DNA of 64,000 nucleotides from positions 96,606 to 160,605 of the forward strand of contig CAVVNJ010000002.1 of the NCBI GenBank assembly GCA_963749595.1, written 5' to 3'. This stretch comes from Candidatus Woesebacteria bacterium. GTDB taxonomy: Bacteria; Patescibacteriota; Microgenomatia; UBA1400; UBA1396. How positions within the stretch are numbered: position 1 is the stretch's first letter; every line of letters begins with the position of its first letter. Under the pieces are notes generated by a model that was not told the DNA's origin, made no database searches, and saw nothing but the letters and a program-made list of their open reading frames with translations. A program made the translations under genes and the position numbers. Positions 56,486 to 64,000 of this stretch are shown piece by piece.

Positions 56486-56824
56486 ATGCCTAGAACCATT
56501 GAACAACCACCCATTCCTGATGAAATCGAAAACATTTTTGCCCGTTACTACAATTATTTTGGTGATATTGCCCTAACCGAAGGCTATATTCGGGCCGTTG
56601 AAGCCGGTCACATTGCCCTGCGCGAGTCGGTCGATTTGGATATCGCCGATAAATCCAGGGATCAAAAAACCAAGCGATTAAAGCAAAAAATGACCAAAGA
56701 GCGCGGTCTAGAATTTACTCCGGAGATAGATACCTTGTTTGAAGCTTATCTGGAACAAGTCATTACTCAGCTGCTGCCAGGTGTTGGTCGAATTCTGAGC
56801 ATTGGTGAGCCAAAAACGCGTTAG
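56486..56824 (+). CDS. hypothetical protein
   Basis: 112-aa ORF with an AGGAGG SD. Confidence 0.5.
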   Translation: MPRTIEQPPIPDEIENIFARYYNYFGDIALTEGYIRAVEAGHIALRESVDLDIADKSRDQKTKRLKQKMTKERGLEFTPEIDTLFEAYLEQVITQLLPGVGRILSIGEPKTR

Positions 56825-56848
56825 TGCCTCGTCACCTCACAATAACTG

Positions 56849-56962
56849 TGTTATAATTTCCCAGTGCTAGTCGGGCGCAAGCCCTTCTTCAGCTAAGACA
56901 TGTCTAAGCCGAGAAACTAGCACACTCAAGAGCGTCCATCCGGACGCTTTTTAGTTTTAGTT
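56849..56962 (+). ncRNA. candidate small RNA (~95 nt) with its own promoter and terminator
   Basis: TGtTATAAT at 56849-56857. GTGCTAGT (56864-56871) pairs with ACTAGCAC (56925-56932), closing a junction that contains a GGGC-GCAA-GCCC hairpin. The terminator is AGCGTCC-atcc-GGACGCT plus T5 (56941-56962). No family recognised. Confidence 0.35.
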
Positions 56963-57354
56963 CTTGAACGCTTTTTGTGTGGCATAACACTCAAAAAATG
57001 CAATTTCCCATTGCCAATTTTTTCAAGTATTACCCTTATCTCGACCCCTGATTCAGTCTCACAGACTAATTGATAGCGAACCGTTTCTTTCCATTTGCCT
57101 TTTATCTTTCTTCGAACGACCCGGGTATCGGAGACTTGCCGGCAGTGAGCAATAACATATGGCACGTGCGTAAAACATTTAAGCTTTAAATATTGTTCGC
57201 TAATTTTCCGCGGGGCTCGATTCGACTCATAGATCAAATGCATGAATCCTTCGGAAGTAAAGCTTACTTCTTCCGATAGAATCGGGCAATATAGTGGGGC
57301 AAGTTTTTTGAATTCAGATTTTACCTGGTGTTTAATTTTTTGAATAGCCGACAT
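56926..57354 (-). CDS. hypothetical basic protein
   Basis: 142-aa ORF with a Lys/Arg-rich C-terminus. Its last codons overlap the hairpin at 56941-56958. Confidence 0.5.
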   Translation of the reverse strand: MSAIQKIKHQVKSEFKKLAPLYCPILSEEVSFTSEGFMHLIYESNRAPRKISEQYLKLKCFTHVPYVIAHCRQVSDTRVVRRKIKGKWKETVRYQLVCETESGVEIRVILEKIGNGKLHFLSVMPHKKRSRTKTKKRPDGRS

Positions 57355-57442
57355 ACAACCGCAATTATTAAGCTATCATAATCCCGAATAATAGGCAAAT
57401 ATATCTTTATGTTTCAGGCCCATAGTTTCAGAGTAAACGACA

Positions 57443-57471
57443 TTGACCAGTCCCCAGATGACCAGTACAAT
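57443..57471 (+). promoter_or_regulatory. greA promoter
   Basis: TTGACC, 17 nt, TACAAT, then a ~40-nt leader with an AAAGG SD. Confidence 0.6.
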
Positions 57472-57512
57472 ACCCCTCCATGCCCAGGTAATTGGGCTAA
57501 GAAAGGTTTACC

Positions 57513-57986
57513 ATGACCGATCCCAACCAGGTTGTCCAGATGACCCAGCCGGGATATGACGAGATTCTCGCCGAGCTCAAAGAGCTCAAGGAAGTAAAAA
57601 TTCCGGCGGCGATCGATCGCGTGGCCCAAGCCCGTTCTTACGGCGACCTCTCTGAAAACTCCGAATATCATGCCGCTCGTGAAGATTTGGCCGTACTTAA
57701 TGGCCGTTTGGAAGAAATCGAGTACCTTCTCCAGCGGGTCCAAGTCGTCAAGGCCAATGGCTCCAAGACTGTTGGCGTTGGTTCCAAAGTCGTCGTCAAG
57801 GTCGCCGGCAAGGAACCGGAGCACGTTTTCCACGTGGTGGGCGAATGGGAAGCCGATCCGGCCGAGAAAAAAATCTCGGAAAAATCTCCTTTGGGTCAAG
57901 CCTTAAGCGGCAAGAAAAAGGGCGATCAAGTTGAGTTTGAAGCCCCGGCCGGCAAAGTGATTTACCACATCCAAGACGTCAAATAA
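57513..57986 (+). CDS. greA: transcription elongation factor GreA
   Basis: GDLSENSEYHAAREDL motif, 157 aa, and the C-terminal FKBP-like domain. Confidence 0.92.
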   Translation: MTDPNQVVQMTQPGYDEILAELKELKEVKIPAAIDRVAQARSYGDLSENSEYHAAREDLAVLNGRLEEIEYLLQRVQVVKANGSKTVGVGSKVVVKVAGKEPEHVFHVVGEWEADPAEKKISEKSPLGQALSGKKKGDQVEFEAPAGKVIYHIQDVK

Positions 57987-58012
57987 AGCCTGGGCTGTGG
58001 TACAATCTCACA

Positions 58013-58915
58013 ATGGAAAAAAAGACCAAGTCGACCACCAAAAAAGCTGCCGTCAAGTCGGCCGCGGCGGAAAATAAGACCGCCGAGCTGATCGTTCCCA
58101 GCCACACCTTTGCCCTGACTATTAAGCACGCCGACACCGCCGCGGCCCGCCAACGAGCGCTGCAACGGGCCCAGCAATCGGTCAAAATCGACGGCTTCCG
58201 TCAGGGGAAAGTCCCGCTCAAACTAGTCGAAGAGCGGATCGGCAGCCAAGGTTTGCTGGAGTTGATGGTCGACGACCTATTACCGAAAGCCTACCGCGCT
58301 TACCTGGAAGAAAACAAACTCCAACCCCTGACTGACCCGGAAGTGAAGCCCAAATCTCTGGAAGAGGGGAAAGACTGGGAATTTGAAATCGCCATCGCGG
58401 TGGCCCCGGAATTAACCCTGGGCGATTACGCTGCCATCGTCAAGGCCACTCCGGTTCCGGAGCACGGCGAACATGATGGTCATGATCACAGCGCCGAGGA
58501 ATTAAAACAAATCCAACTGCAGGCCATTCTGGGCGAATTGCTGAAGAATATTCCGGTTAAAGTTCCGGAGCTACTACTCCGCAAGGAAACCGAACACCGC
58601 CTCCACCAAATCGCTCACCAACTCGAGCGCGTTAACCTTTCCCTTGAAGATTATTTAAAAAACATCAATAAGACCCAGGAAGAACTGCAACAAGAATATG
58701 CCATCAGCACGATGGCTTCGTTGCAAGTCGAGTTGCTTCTGGCCGCGATCATTAAAACAGCTGATTTAAAAGTCGAAACGGCCGAACTGGAAGCCCTGAT
58801 TAAAGCTCGTCTGGCCAACCGCAAACCGGAAGAGAAGCTGACTCGTGAGGAATTAAACTATCTCCACTCGGCTCTTCTTAAGCAAAAAGCCATTGATCAT
58901 CTTTTGAGCTTGTAA
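58013..58915 (+). CDS. tig: trigger factor-like chaperone lacking the PPIase domain
   Basis: Ribosome-binding signature GFRQGKVP in the N-domain, joined directly to a helical C-domain. Only 300 aa. TGgTACAAT lies 6 nt upstream of the ATG. Confidence 0.72.
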   Translation: MEKKTKSTTKKAAVKSAAAENKTAELIVPSHTFALTIKHADTAAARQRALQRAQQSVKIDGFRQGKVPLKLVEERIGSQGLLELMVDDLLPKAYRAYLEENKLQPLTDPEVKPKSLEEGKDWEFEIAIAVAPELTLGDYAAIVKATPVPEHGEHDGHDHSAEELKQIQLQAILGELLKNIPVKVPELLLRKETEHRLHQIAHQLERVNLSLEDYLKNINKTQEELQQEYAISTMASLQVELLLAAIIKTADLKVETAELEALIKARLANRKPEEKLTREELNYLHSALLKQKAIDHLLSL

Positions 58916-59006
58916 TTTAGCCAACTTTTTGCTCTAATAGCTTAACGCTTCACTGTCCGAGGTGTATCTTGAAAATATAGGTTGTTTCGGTTATACTTCG
59001 GAATCA

Positions 59007-59753
59007 ATGAGCGGACAAAACATGAAAGGCGCTACGCCAAACCGGCAGAACGTGACCCAGCCTCCCAAAGCTGAGGCTGGTTCTGTGGGTGGTCAGTTTG
59101 ACAACGGCTCCCTTACCGCCGAACAATTGGCTGCCGCCGGGCTACTTGATCCCTCTCTGACTAACCCTCAAAATCGTGAAACTGGCGCTAATGAGCCAAA
59201 GGAAACCATTAACGCTCGGGAACAATTCCGAACCCTTTTCTCCACTCCCGCTGAGGCTGGGCGACAAGTCGGCCTGAACGGTATTATTTTTGACCGCTCC
59301 GAAGATGACCGGAAAAAGTCACTCGATCAACGAAATCAAGAAGTCCAGAAGATTGCTCAAGCCCAGGCTGAACAAGCTCGAACAACCAGCCGGCGTGATC
59401 CTGCTACGGAGCAAGAGATTCAACAGCTGACCAAAGAGGCTCGCAAGCAAAGTCGACGCAATAATGCCGCCACCCTGGCCGCCGGGAGAGCCCAAACTCT
59501 CAGTCTACAATCCGAACAGACCATTAATAACAAAGATAAGAGCACCACGCCACTGCTACGAAGAATGATTGGCGATATGCTCCAATCGGCCAGACGCAAG
59601 AAACAGCTGGAAGCTCATCAGATACAGGCCGAACGCCAGAACAAGAAGAAGGCGGCTTCCGGCATGGAAGGCAACGCTGATAAGAAATCCAGCGCGATTG
59701 CGGAAATGCGGTCGCAAGGTTCCACCGAAGATCAGAGCGGGGACAGCGAATAA
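59007..59753 (+). CDS. hypothetical low-complexity (Gln/Arg/Ala-rich) protein
   Basis: ORF 58962..59753. The ATG at 59007 is preferred. Confidence 0.45.
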   Translation: MSGQNMKGATPNRQNVTQPPKAEAGSVGGQFDNGSLTAEQLAAAGLLDPSLTNPQNRETGANEPKETINAREQFRTLFSTPAEAGRQVGLNGIIFDRSEDDRKKSLDQRNQEVQKIAQAQAEQARTTSRRDPATEQEIQQLTKEARKQSRRNNAATLAAGRAQTLSLQSEQTINNKDKSTTPLLRRMIGDMLQSARRKKQLEAHQIQAERQNKKKAASGMEGNADKKSSAIAEMRSQGSTEDQSGDSE

Positions 59754-59784
59754 CGCTTTTTCCCGTGGTAAAATACAACCTCTT

Positions 59785-59857
59785 GAGTCTATAGCTCAGT
59801 TGGTAGAGCGCTTCGTTGACATCGAAGAGGTCACAGGTTCGAGTCCTGTTAGACTCA
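59785..59857 (+). tRNA. tRNA-Val (anticodon GAC)
   Basis: Manual cloverleaf: acceptor GAGTCTA/TAGACTC, D-arm GCTC-AGTTGGTA-GAGC, anticodon stem CTTCG/CGAAG with loop TTGACAT, and T-arm ACAGG-TTCGAGT-CCTGT. CCA is not encoded. Confidence 0.9.
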
Positions 59858-59881
59858 CTTTACTGGTTGTATACTGCTCCC

Positions 59882-60214
59882 ATGGCCCTCACTCCTCCCG
59901 ACACCACCGAAGACACCCAAGTTAATCCGCCCGTTCCCGCTCGAACCATTTACAATGCCGGTTACGGCGAAATCGCAGCCAAAAGTTTCGTGGCCGGCCT
60001 GGCCCTGGGCTTGGGAAAAACCGTCGCCAGCTTGGTTTTTTGGGGCATTATCTTCGTCCTCTCAATCCAGTTAATTCAGCCCTTGATCGCGCCCCTCATC
60101 ACTCAATTCCAACAGTTCAGTCTTTTAATTCCTAAAACCGGACAATCCTCTGGTCAGCCGAGCATTGAGAGCATTTTCCAGCAATTTCAGCCGCGCCCTA
60201 CTGTCAATCCGTAA
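59882..60214 (+). CDS. hypothetical membrane protein
   Basis: Start moved to MALTPP so that it does not overlap the tRNA. Two hydrophobic segments. Confidence 0.5.
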   Translation: MALTPPDTTEDTQVNPPVPARTIYNAGYGEIAAKSFVAGLALGLGKTVASLVFWGIIFVLSIQLIQPLIAPLITQFQQFSLLIPKTGQSSGQPSIESIFQQFQPRPTVNP

Positions 60215-60372
60215 CGTGCTATACTTGGCCCGTGTTAAGTGGTTTTAAACCTACCAGCTCGACTATTTTGGGGAACGCCTAATTTTTTGGCGTCTTCCCC
60301 CCCCCAGGCCAAATCGGCCCCCAACCTCACCCGTAAACCGTTTATAATCGAGACAAGTCTCGGAAAGAAAAT

Positions 60373-62112
60373 ATGCAAAATCAAGAATCATTGAATAATC
60401 TGCGGCACTCCGCCGCCCACTTATTGGCTGCGGCCGTTAAGGCAATCTGGCCGGACGCCAAACTGACTTTGGGACCGGCGATTGAGGACGGCTTTTACTA
60501 CGATATTGAGTTCAGCCAGCCGATCAGCGAACATGATTTTCCCCAAATCGAAGCCAAGATGAGAGAAATTTTGCCGTCGTGGCGGGAATTTCAACGAGTC
60601 GAGTTGAGCCCGGAAGAAGCGCGGCAGGAGTTTGCCGGCAATCCCTTCAAACTCGAGCTGATCGAGGAAATCATCGGGCGAGGGGAGCCGGTAACGGTTT
60701 TCCAGTCCGGCGATTTTCGTGACCTTTGCCGGGGCGGACACATTGACAATCCGGCCGAGGACCTCAAGCATTTCAAGTTGCTCAGCGTGGCCGGGGCCTA
60801 TTGGCGCGGTGATGAAAATAATCCTATGTTAACGCGTATTTACGGCACGATCTGGCCATCGGCCGCCGAACTGGAAGATTACTTGAATCGGCTGGAAGAG
60901 GCGAGAAAACGGGACCACCGCAAACTTGGCCGGGAACTGGAACTGTTCGCTTTTTCCAACGAGGTCGGTTCCGGTTTGACGCTCTGGCTGCCCAACGGCG
61001 CCGTTATCCGCCGGGAAATTGAAGATTTCATGGTTAAAGAACAGACCAAGATGGGCTACAAACACGTTTATAGTCCGCACATTGGTCAAAAATCGTTATG
61101 GGAAAAAAGCGGTCACTGGGATCTTTATCGCGAAAAAATGTACTCCCCGATGGATGTCGATGGCACGGAGTACCTGGTCAAACCAATGACTTGCCCGATG
61201 CACATCCAGTCCTTCCAGTTCAAGCCCCATTCTTACCGGGAACTGCCCATCCGTATCGCCGAGGTCGCATCGGTTTACCGCTATGAGCAATCCGGCGAAC
61301 TGAGCGGCTTACTGCGGGTGCGTTCCTTTACCCAAGACGACGCCCACATTTTCTGCACGCCGGATCAGGCAGTAGGCGAGTTCTTGTCGGTCTTCAAGTT
61401 CATCCAGAAACTGTATGCCGCTTTTGGCTTCAGCAACTACCGTGTCCGCTTGGGCGTGCGTTCCAAGAGCGAGAAGTATCTCGGCGATGATGAGCTCTGG
61501 GAGAAAGCCGAAGAGAAGGCCATCGAGGCTCTCAAGGAAGTGGGTGCCGATTACTCGATCTCGGAAGGCGACGCCGCTTTCTACGGCCCGAAAGCCGATT
61601 TTCTCATCAAGGACGCTCTTGGTCGGGAATGGCAATGCGGCACGGTGCAGATCGACTTCATGCTCCCAGAACGCTTTGGCTTAAAGTACGTCGACCAGGA
61701 CGGGCAAGAAAAAGTGCCGGTCATGGTTCACCGCGCGCCGCTAGGATCGCTGGAAAGATTCCTCGCCATTTTGATCGAACATTATGGTGGCGCTTTTCCA
61801 CTGTGGTTAAGCCCGATCCAAGCGGTAGTCATCCCGATCAGCCAAGACCAAAGCGAATATGCCCAGACAATCGCCGCCGGTCTGCTGGAGCAGGGGATCA
61901 GGGTAGAGAACTGGAACGAGGCCGAAAGCATGCAGAACCGCATCCGCAAGGCGGAAGGTCAAAAAATTCCCTATATGCTGATTGTTGGTAAGAAGGAAGT
62001 GGCGGACCAGACGGTTTCGGTCCGAGCGCGAAAAAATCGCGAGATGAAAGTCGTGACTCTTCTGGAGCTGATCGGACAGTTACAGCAAGAAATTACCAAC
62101 CGATCCCTCTGA
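60373..62112 (+). CDS. thrS: threonine--tRNA ligase (no N-terminal TGS domain)
   Basis: It begins at the editing-domain motif LRHSAAHLLAAAV...GFYYD. The class II catalytic core and the anticodon-binding domain are both present. 579 aa. Confidence 0.95.
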   Translation: MQNQESLNNLRHSAAHLLAAAVKAIWPDAKLTLGPAIEDGFYYDIEFSQPISEHDFPQIEAKMREILPSWREFQRVELSPEEARQEFAGNPFKLELIEEIIGRGEPVTVFQSGDFRDLCRGGHIDNPAEDLKHFKLLSVAGAYWRGDENNPMLTRIYGTIWPSAAELEDYLNRLEEARKRDHRKLGRELELFAFSNEVGSGLTLWLPNGAVIRREIEDFMVKEQTKMGYKHVYSPHIGQKSLWEKSGHWDLYREKMYSPMDVDGTEYLVKPMTCPMHIQSFQFKPHSYRELPIRIAEVASVYRYEQSGELSGLLRVRSFTQDDAHIFCTPDQAVGEFLSVFKFIQKLYAAFGFSNYRVRLGVRSKSEKYLGDDELWEKAEEKAIEALKEVGADYSISEGDAAFYGPKADFLIKDALGREWQCGTVQIDFMLPERFGLKYVDQDGQEKVPVMVHRAPLGSLERFLAILIEHYGGAFPLWLSPIQAVVIPISQDQSEYAQTIAAGLLEQGIRVENWNEAESMQNRIRKAEGQKIPYMLIVGKKEVADQTVSVRARKNREMKVVTLLELIGQLQQEITNRSL

Positions 62113-62439
62113 TCAGTCACGCCTTCGCAGCTTGACCAAGATATGTTTGGAACTATCAGGATCGGTAATAATGTTAAGATTTCCAGCCGCTTTAGCTAAG
62201 ATCACAAAGCTCTTTTTTGGCTGATTTTTGACAACCTCTTCCATCACTTTATCGGTACTCAATACGAACATAAAAGAGTTGTCTTGCTGTTCCGGCGAGC
62301 CAGACTCCATTTCAGCCGATATTTTATGGGAAAGTTCCCGGATCTGCTGATCGACAGCTGGCGTAATTGGAAAAATCAGCTCGTATTCAACCGTAATTTC
62401 CGTCTCTTTTTTCGGTGAGGAATCAGGGGTTCGCTTCAT
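62113..62439 (-). CDS. hypothetical protein (start uncertain)
   Basis: Only the C-terminal ~108 codons of track ORF 62113..62751 avoid overlap with infC. The alternative start is 62532. Confidence 0.4.
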   Translation of the reverse strand: MKRTPDSSPKKETEITVEYELIFPITPAVDQQIRELSHKISAEMESGSPEQQDNSFMFVLSTDKVMEEVVKNQPKKSFVILAKAAGNLNIITDPDSSKHILVKLRRRD

Positions 62440-62559
62440 GTCCGCATCATACCAATGGTTAATGTTATAATTCCAGGGTAAATAACCAAGGAGGGGACGA
62501 TTCGATTTCGACCGCGTAAACCAAAACCACATGATCAACGAACGCAAATTCGTTATGTC

Positions 62560-63090
62560 ATGAATGAAATGATCACCGCACCCCAAGTACGGGTGATTGA
62601 TCAATTCGGCAAACAAGTTGGTGTTCTCAGCACCTCGGAAGCTTTGGCTCAGGCCGAGTCCGAAGGTAAGGACCTGATTTTGATTGCCGATAAAGCCGTG
62701 CCGCCGGTCGCCAAACTGATCGAGTTGTCCAAATTCCGCTACCAAGAACAACAGAAAAAACAGGAAGAAGCCAAGAAGACCAGCAAAGGCAGTGAGATGA
62801 AAGAGCTGCGTTTGACGCCGTTCATTGCTGCTGGAGATCTGGAAGCGCGGATCGCCCGGGCTCGCGAATTTTTAGAGGATGGCAATAAAGTTCGTCTTCA
62901 AGTCAAATTCAAGGGCCGCGAAGTAACTAAGCCTGAATTCGGCCAACAAGTTTTAAAGCGAATTTTTGTCGCGGTGGAAGATGTCGGCAAAGTCGAGATT
63001 CCGCCCAAGTTGACCGGTAAATTCATGTCCGCCCAGTTGATGCCAGGCGGCAAGAAGAAACTGGCCGAGCCGAAAGCAGCAGAGTCTTAA
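62560..63090 (+). CDS. infC: translation initiation factor IF-3
   Basis: ITAPQVRVID...GKDLILIADKAVPPVAKLIE...KELRLTPFIAAGDLEARI. An in-frame ATT at 62548 is an alternative start. Confidence 0.9.
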   Translation: MNEMITAPQVRVIDQFGKQVGVLSTSEALAQAESEGKDLILIADKAVPPVAKLIELSKFRYQEQQKKQEEAKKTSKGSEMKELRLTPFIAAGDLEARIARAREFLEDGNKVRLQVKFKGREVTKPEFGQQVLKRIFVAVEDVGKVEIPPKLTGKFMSAQLMPGGKKKLAEPKAAES

Positions 63091-63153
63091 ATTTTCAGGT
63101 ACTAGTTGGCGAAATGGCAGTTGTTTGTTATAATTCCCTTTCGTAGGAATCCT

Positions 63154-63360
63154 ATGGCTACTAAATTCAAACATAAGACCCGCAAAACGGTCGTCAAGCG
63201 CTTCAAAATTACCGGCACCGGTAAAGTGATGCGCCGCTCCCAGAACATGCGTCACCTGCGCCGCAAGAAGTCCAAATCCTTGCAACGCAAGTACGCCATC
63301 CCGGTTGAAGTAAAAGGCGAATGGGCCAAGAAGATCAAACAAATGTTAGGAATCGCTTAA
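63154..63360 (+). CDS. rpmI: 50S ribosomal protein L35
   Basis: [28 protein letters not shown]. The internal Met of the track ORF is used. Confidence 0.9.
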   Translation: MATKFKHKTRKTVVKRFKITGTGKVMRRSQNMRHLRRKKSKSLQRKYAIPVEVKGEWAKKIKQMLGIA

Positions 63361-63369
63361 AAACCGCAA

Positions 63370-63409
63370 GGGGATTTTCCCCAAAGGGGATAATCCCCGC
63401 TTCAAAAAA
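63370..63409 (+). repeat. third copy of the r-protein-operon hairpin motif, upstream of rplT
   Basis: GGGGATTTTCCCC-aaa-GGGGATAATCCCC (13-bp stem, 1 mismatch) followed by GCTTCAAAAAA. It aligns with the copies at 3392-3475. Confidence 0.6.
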
Positions 63410-63415
63410 GGAATT

Positions 63416-63778
63416 ATGTCCAGAGTTAAAACCGGCACCACCCGCCACGCCCGCCACAAAAAAGTCCTTGGTCTGACCAAGGGCTACCGCATGACTAAGA
63501 ATCGGCTGTATAAAGTCGCCCACGAAGCGATGATGCACGCCGGTGCGTACGCTTACATTGGCCGCAAGAACCGCAAGCGCGATTTTCGTTCCCTGTGGAT
63601 TGCCCGTATTAGCGCCGCCGTCAAGGCCGTCGCTGTCCAATTGAACTATTCCCGTTTCATGAACCAGCTCAAGAAAGCCAACATCCAGCTCGACCGCAAG
63701 ATGCTGGCTGACTTAGCCGTGCATGACATGGAAGCTTTTAGCGAGGTGGTCAAGGCCGCCGAGCAAAAAACCAAGTAA
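63416..63778 (+). CDS. rplT: 50S ribosomal protein L20
   Basis: [25 protein letters not shown]...[11 protein letters not shown]. Confidence 0.95.
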   Translation: MSRVKTGTTRHARHKKVLGLTKGYRMTKNRLYKVAHEAMMHAGAYAYIGRKNRKRDFRSLWIARISAAVKAVAVQLNYSRFMNQLKKANIQLDRKMLADLAVHDMEAFSEVVKAAEQKTK

Positions 63779-63803
63779 GCCCGGCAACCAAGACCACCAG
63801 AAG

Positions 63804-63828
63804 CCCCTCGCTCCGCGCGGGGTTTTTT
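63804..63828 (+). terminator. intrinsic terminator after rplT
   Basis: CCCCTCGC-tcc-GCGCGGGG (one mismatch) followed by TTTTTT. Confidence 0.65.
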
Positions 63829-63860
63829 GTATCAGGAAAGGTATAATGAGGGACATCGCT

Positions 63861-64000
63861 ATGAACATCGACCAATATAAAACGGAACTAAAAAAAATAT
63901 CTCTCATGCTGGAAAATCCCCAGTATCACCCGACCCCCGTATTTCGGTCGGAGATTAACGGATTGTTGAAACAACTGCCGATATCGGAAGTTGATAAAAA
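63861..64000 (+). CDS. hypothetical protein, N-terminal fragment (runs off the window)
   Basis: The frame MNIDQYKTELKKISLMLENPQYHP... is open to the window edge, with TATAAT at 63842-63847 upstream. Its position after rplT is where pheS often sits, but the sequence is too short to say. Confidence 0.4.
   Translation, partial: MNIDQYKTELKKISLMLENPQYHPTPVFRSEINGLLKQLPISEVDK

Noticed and set aside
57414-57899. 161-aa minus-strand ORF
   Set aside because: It is fully antisense to greA, whose identity is secure (GDLSENSEYHAAREDL).
60215-60372. T-box riboswitch upstream of thrS
   Set aside because: The leader is too short, and it lacks the T-box 14-mer (..GGGUGGUACCGCG..) and the specifier-loop features.
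1-64000. Alternative genetic code (UGA as sense, as in some CPR lineages) as an explanation for the broken genes
   Set aside because: TGA terminates genes exactly at conserved C-termini (SSB DDIPF-TGA, ychF, hpf, LPXTG protein). The interruptions are frame changes, not in-frame TGA codons.
1-64000. Mobile elements, prophage or a genomic island
   Set aside because: No integrase, transposase, recombinase or phage structural genes, and no flanking direct repeats, were found. The tRNA-adjacent MNT/HEPN remnant is the only hint and is too small to call an island.

Overview
This 64-kb chromosomal window comes from a bacterium using the standard genetic code: TGA closes conserved C-termini, for example SSB ...DDIPF-TGA. 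The gene content suggests a small-genome, Gram-positive-type uncultivated lineage (Patescibacteria/CPR-like). The evidence is a sortase with an LPXTG protein, no outer-membrane genes, PolX, a trigger factor without a PPIase domain, a ThrRS without a TGS domain, many tiny membrane proteins and almost no biosynthesis. That placement is inference only. I call about 75 protein genes, tRNA-Glu(CUC), tRNA-Val(GAC) and a compact RNase P RNA on the minus strand, which explains two spurious track ORFs. Housekeeping blocks are ychF-rpsF-ssb-rpsR, trmD, greA-tig, thrS-infC-rpmI-rplT, secDF, comM, uppP, polX, hpf and rfbA/rfbC. The accessory and envelope content comprises large Pro/Thr-linker surface proteins, an LPXTG protein plus sortase, a TasA-like plus lamin-tail-domain cluster, an O-antigen-ligase-like gene, and an unusual signalling module (Cache sensor, receiver-only regulator, FNR-like-PAS histidine kinase). 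I saw no CRISPR array, integrase, transposase or phage genes. The observations most worth a second look are listed below. (1) Three pairs of a 15-bp palindrome (rAAGGTCAAACCTTc) each have an exact 31-bp intra-pair offset. They sit at gene junctions and leaderless promoters, and look like an undescribed operator/regulon. (2) Two leaderless micro-ORF plus terminator/antiterminator leaders precede metabolic genes. (3) A conserved long hairpin motif is repeated upstream of rpsR and rplT. (4) Leaderless promoter architecture is pervasive, with the -10 box 6-7 nt from the ATG. (5) Frameshifts are strongly clustered in S41/HtrA proteases, an alpha/beta hydrolase and SecDF. Either these genes are decaying or the assembly is locally rich in indels; I cannot tell which from the sequence alone.
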